Below are positions 61,013 to 64,000 of a stretch of DNA of 64,000 nucleotides, piece after piece (position 1 is the first letter of the stretch; the number at the start of each line of letters is the position of its first letter). The translations under genes and the position numbers were made by a program. The stretch spans positions 260,874 through 324,873 of the forward strand of contig QPGO01000029.1 in assembly GCA_008632985.1 (NCBI GenBank). The letters are read 5' to 3'. Origin of the DNA: Psammoneis japonica. Its lineage: Eukaryota. The notes under the pieces were generated by a model. That model searched no databases and was not told where the DNA came from. It saw only the letters and a list, made by a program, of their open reading frames with translations.

Positions 61013-63369
61013 CTATTGCGCAGATTTTGGCACTTTCGATTTGAGACTTTTCACCAGCGAGCTCAAAGCAAGAGCACCACCGCTATTAGGCTGCTCTCCA
61101 GGTTCAGCAATCACGTCAGAAACTACCTTCGCTTTCTTTCGTGATTTCTTTTCCTTACGTCGCTTCGTTTGCGCGGACAGGATCTCCTTCATGGCGGGAG
61201 TTTCCTTGAAATTAGGATCAGTCCTGTCTATCCCGAATCGTCCATCATCACCATCGAGCACGGCTGCAAATCGATCATCTTTGATGTCTATCTTAAAACC
61301 TGTGCCTGAGACGTTGGCAGCGAGCTCATCTTCTTTACGCTTTCGAGATCCTCGTAGCTTTTTATCTTTGTTCTTTGAGATCCGAACTAGTCCCCTCATG
61401 TTGTAGTCTTTCGCCAGTTCTTCGCCTATGAGATAAACGATTCGTGAGATTGAGAGAACAGAATAAACACGAAAAGCATCAATGATGTACGCAAAAACTT
61501 CATGGAACGCCAAAATGACCTACCCTCGTCACCAGCAAGGAGCAGTTCGAGTTCCTCTGTGGTGCTTGTTTTATTCGTTCCGTCTTGATTATCCACAATT
61601 TCTTTCTTTCGCATCTTGGCGACAGGCTTTTCTTCCTTGCCGGGCATATCTGCGTCAAGGAAGAAGTCGTCACCATCATCGTCGCTATTAAACTCTCGAG
61701 CGTGAGCCTCCGCATCTGAGACAGAATACATGCCGTCTCCTTCTGGCAAGGCGCCATCTCGACGCTTGTTCCGAGATGCCCTTCTTCTTTCTCGTTTCTT
61801 TTCCTTTCGCTTCTCTTGATATTTTTGCCAGGGCGTCAATTCCTTGGGCTCCTCTTTGCTCGCCTGAAGCTTTGACCTGATTTTATCTTCCAGTTTCTGT
61901 TTCCCTGGGACGAAAGTAGCGACCTTGGCAAAATCTTCACCTCCATCGCTATCGCTATTTAAGCCATCTTCTTTTTCTGCTGTCGCGCTTTCGTCATCAC
62001 TGTCCAGCCCCAGTAGTTTTCTCATCTGGGAACCGCGTCCTTCATGCTCGGAATCAGAATCTTCATCGCTTGACACATCTGATGCCAGATATGCCCTCAA
62101 ATCTTCACTGTCTGCTAGGTCACCCCAAGCACCCGTTGTCCTATTGCCGTAGCCGGTTAGTTTTCGTTCTCGCTCCAAGTCTCCTTCCTCCCACGTGCAC
62201 TGAACAGAAGTTTGTTGAAGAGCCGAGACAACGAATTCAGGCGGCTCGTAGTTGCTGGGTAAAGCCGTTGCCTCATCCCTTACAGTCCGTCCTTTAATAA
62301 CATTTTCCAACTCTTTTGGCGGAATAGAACGCATATCCATTGCGGCACTTGAGTGTTCTAGTTCTAGGCCGTCCACTTCTCGGTAGGCAACGTCGGCATG
62401 CTCAGGACTGGCAAACTCAACAACAGCGAAATAATACTTGAGCTTCGAAGCTTCGTAAGCTCTAAGCTTCTCCGGATCAAAATCCGAATCGATTGAATTT
62501 GGATTTACATCAACTTCTTGTTCATCCTGTTCGTCCTCGCTACCACTGATGTCGCCGCCGTCTTCGAGATCATTCGAATTCTCATTCGACTTACTTTCGT
62601 TGTTGCTTTGTTCTTCTTTCCACAAGTCAGATGGACCTAGAGCTTCTTCTTTCTTCATTCGTTCCATCCCAAAGTCACTAGGAAAGACCTGGACTTTCCG
62701 CACGGATCCAGGAGGCGTGAAACTGCACAAAATCGAAAACAAGTCCACCGCTCTCACGTGAGTCCATTCCATATTCATGACTGCCAAAAATTGAGATGGC
62801 TCTTCCGTCAACGGCACAGGCTCCTCTTCTTTTGTAGAAGGATCCAAGATACCAGCCACAGAGTCATCGTCTTCTCTATCCGAACCATCAGACTCTTCTT
62901 CGGAGGAGTCTGATTCATCATCAGATGAAGATGAAACAGAGAGCTCGCCTCGAGACAACGAAGTGAGATAGGCAATTCGCGAAGCTGGGTCCTCCGGTGT
63001 TTCCGTTTTCTCGTTGTCTGAAGAGACTGAAGACGTCGACGATTCATCAGATTGCTCAGCTTCTGGTTCTTTCTGGGGCTTTGGTTGATCCGTCGCTTCG
63101 CTTTCAACCTTGTAGAATTCGCTCAGTTCAGCCTTCTGCTGCTCTTTCCGTTCCTTTTCCTTTTTCTTCTTTTTAGATCGGCCATATTTGTCCCGTTGCT
63201 CAACACCAAAGCGCGGATCAGTCAAGACAGAGGCAAACCGGTCATCCAGCACGACTTTTGACTGCTGTTCACGCGGTTTTCGAAATTGCGGTCGGGTGGT
63301 TGCCGCAGCAAACCGCTCGTCAAGCGGCTCGGCGCCAATATCACTCGGATTTGTTTTGTTTTTGCCCAT
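61013..63369 (-). CDS. ESF1: Pre-rRNA-processing protein ESF1, 2 exons: 63369-61524, 61425-61013
   Basis: LDDRFASV, DKYGR, LAVMNMEW..VRAVDLF, VFPSDFGMERM..E...GP, LRAYE...LKYYFAVVEF, DLRAYLAS; NUC153-like DDRF...FGIDRTDPNFK; GTAGGT...CATAG intron. Confidence 0.95.
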
Positions 63370-64000
63370 GAAACTCAACTAAGTTTTATTGTTACCTTGA
63401 CACGATGTACCTGATAGAATAGCAATCTCCCGTCAAAGTTTAGTTCTTGTCTTCACTTTTGTCACCTTTCTCATCTTGAATAATCTTGAAGAATCTCGCT
63501 CCGATATTTTTCGGTGGTTCTCAAAGCTACTGACTGGTGACGGACAGAGCAACTGCATTAAGGATGGATCTACGTGCTGCGTTCAGTTTTTTGGGAGCTC
63601 GTAATTTTTATAAAAATAACCCGGATGCATCGTAGTAAATGCGCGCGCGTTCGCAAAAAAAAGTTTCAGCGATCGGTCGAACTTTGTCCGTTCGCCAGAC
63701 ACCCTAGAATGCTTGAACGACAGGTGTGACTATGCGCGACTTTTACCTTAACGACTGTAGATATGTCAATGGCCAGTCAAATGCCACTTGTCGGCATTTC
63801 CCGGAAAGTTGCCGCCAACCTCCCACAAGAAGCCCGACCCCAGCGAAAATTGGCAGTTTTTTCGACCTGACAACAGGGCACAGGTCAACAAGTGGCATTT
63901 GAAGTGCTGAGTGTGCAGCTCTTGTGGCCGTCCAACAGCACCTGTGAGGGTTTGACGAACGCACAAGTGTTCGGGGGTGTTCCGAGGCAGGTCAAAATGA

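Noticed and set aside
7157..63369. The mutator enzyme being encoded in this window
   Set aside because: None of the intact genes shows deaminase, methyltransferase or polymerase motifs.
1..64000. Sequencing artefact or alternative genetic code
   Set aside because: Adjacent host genes have normal TA, Tyr and stops, and the loss is graded by element age and gene distance. Raw-read confirmation is still needed.

Overview
Eukaryotic genomic DNA, most likely a diatom (short GT-AG introns, signal-peptide/plastid-type presequences, CoDi-like Copia elements, an iota-carbonic-anhydrase-type domain). Islands of intact host genes (USP39/Sad1, an LRR protein, an RWD protein, a CRAL-TRIO protein, DUF1995, GNAT-MYND, an unknown plastid protein, ESF1) alternate with transposon-rich blocks (three Copia LTR elements, two CRE-like non-LTR relics, unidentifiable relics). 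The main observation is that the repeat blocks have lost nearly all TpA dinucleotides through TA>TG/CA transitions (A:T>G:C on both strands), and older blocks have also lost CpG. LTR-pair differences, a mutated target-site duplication and junction, systematic Tyr>Cys/His changes at conserved motifs and a lost stop codon indicate a post-insertion, DNA-level, context-biased hypermutation of repeats. It runs opposite in direction to fungal RIP, outpaces CpG decay and spares neighbouring genes. The mechanism is not visible in this window; all counts are by eye.
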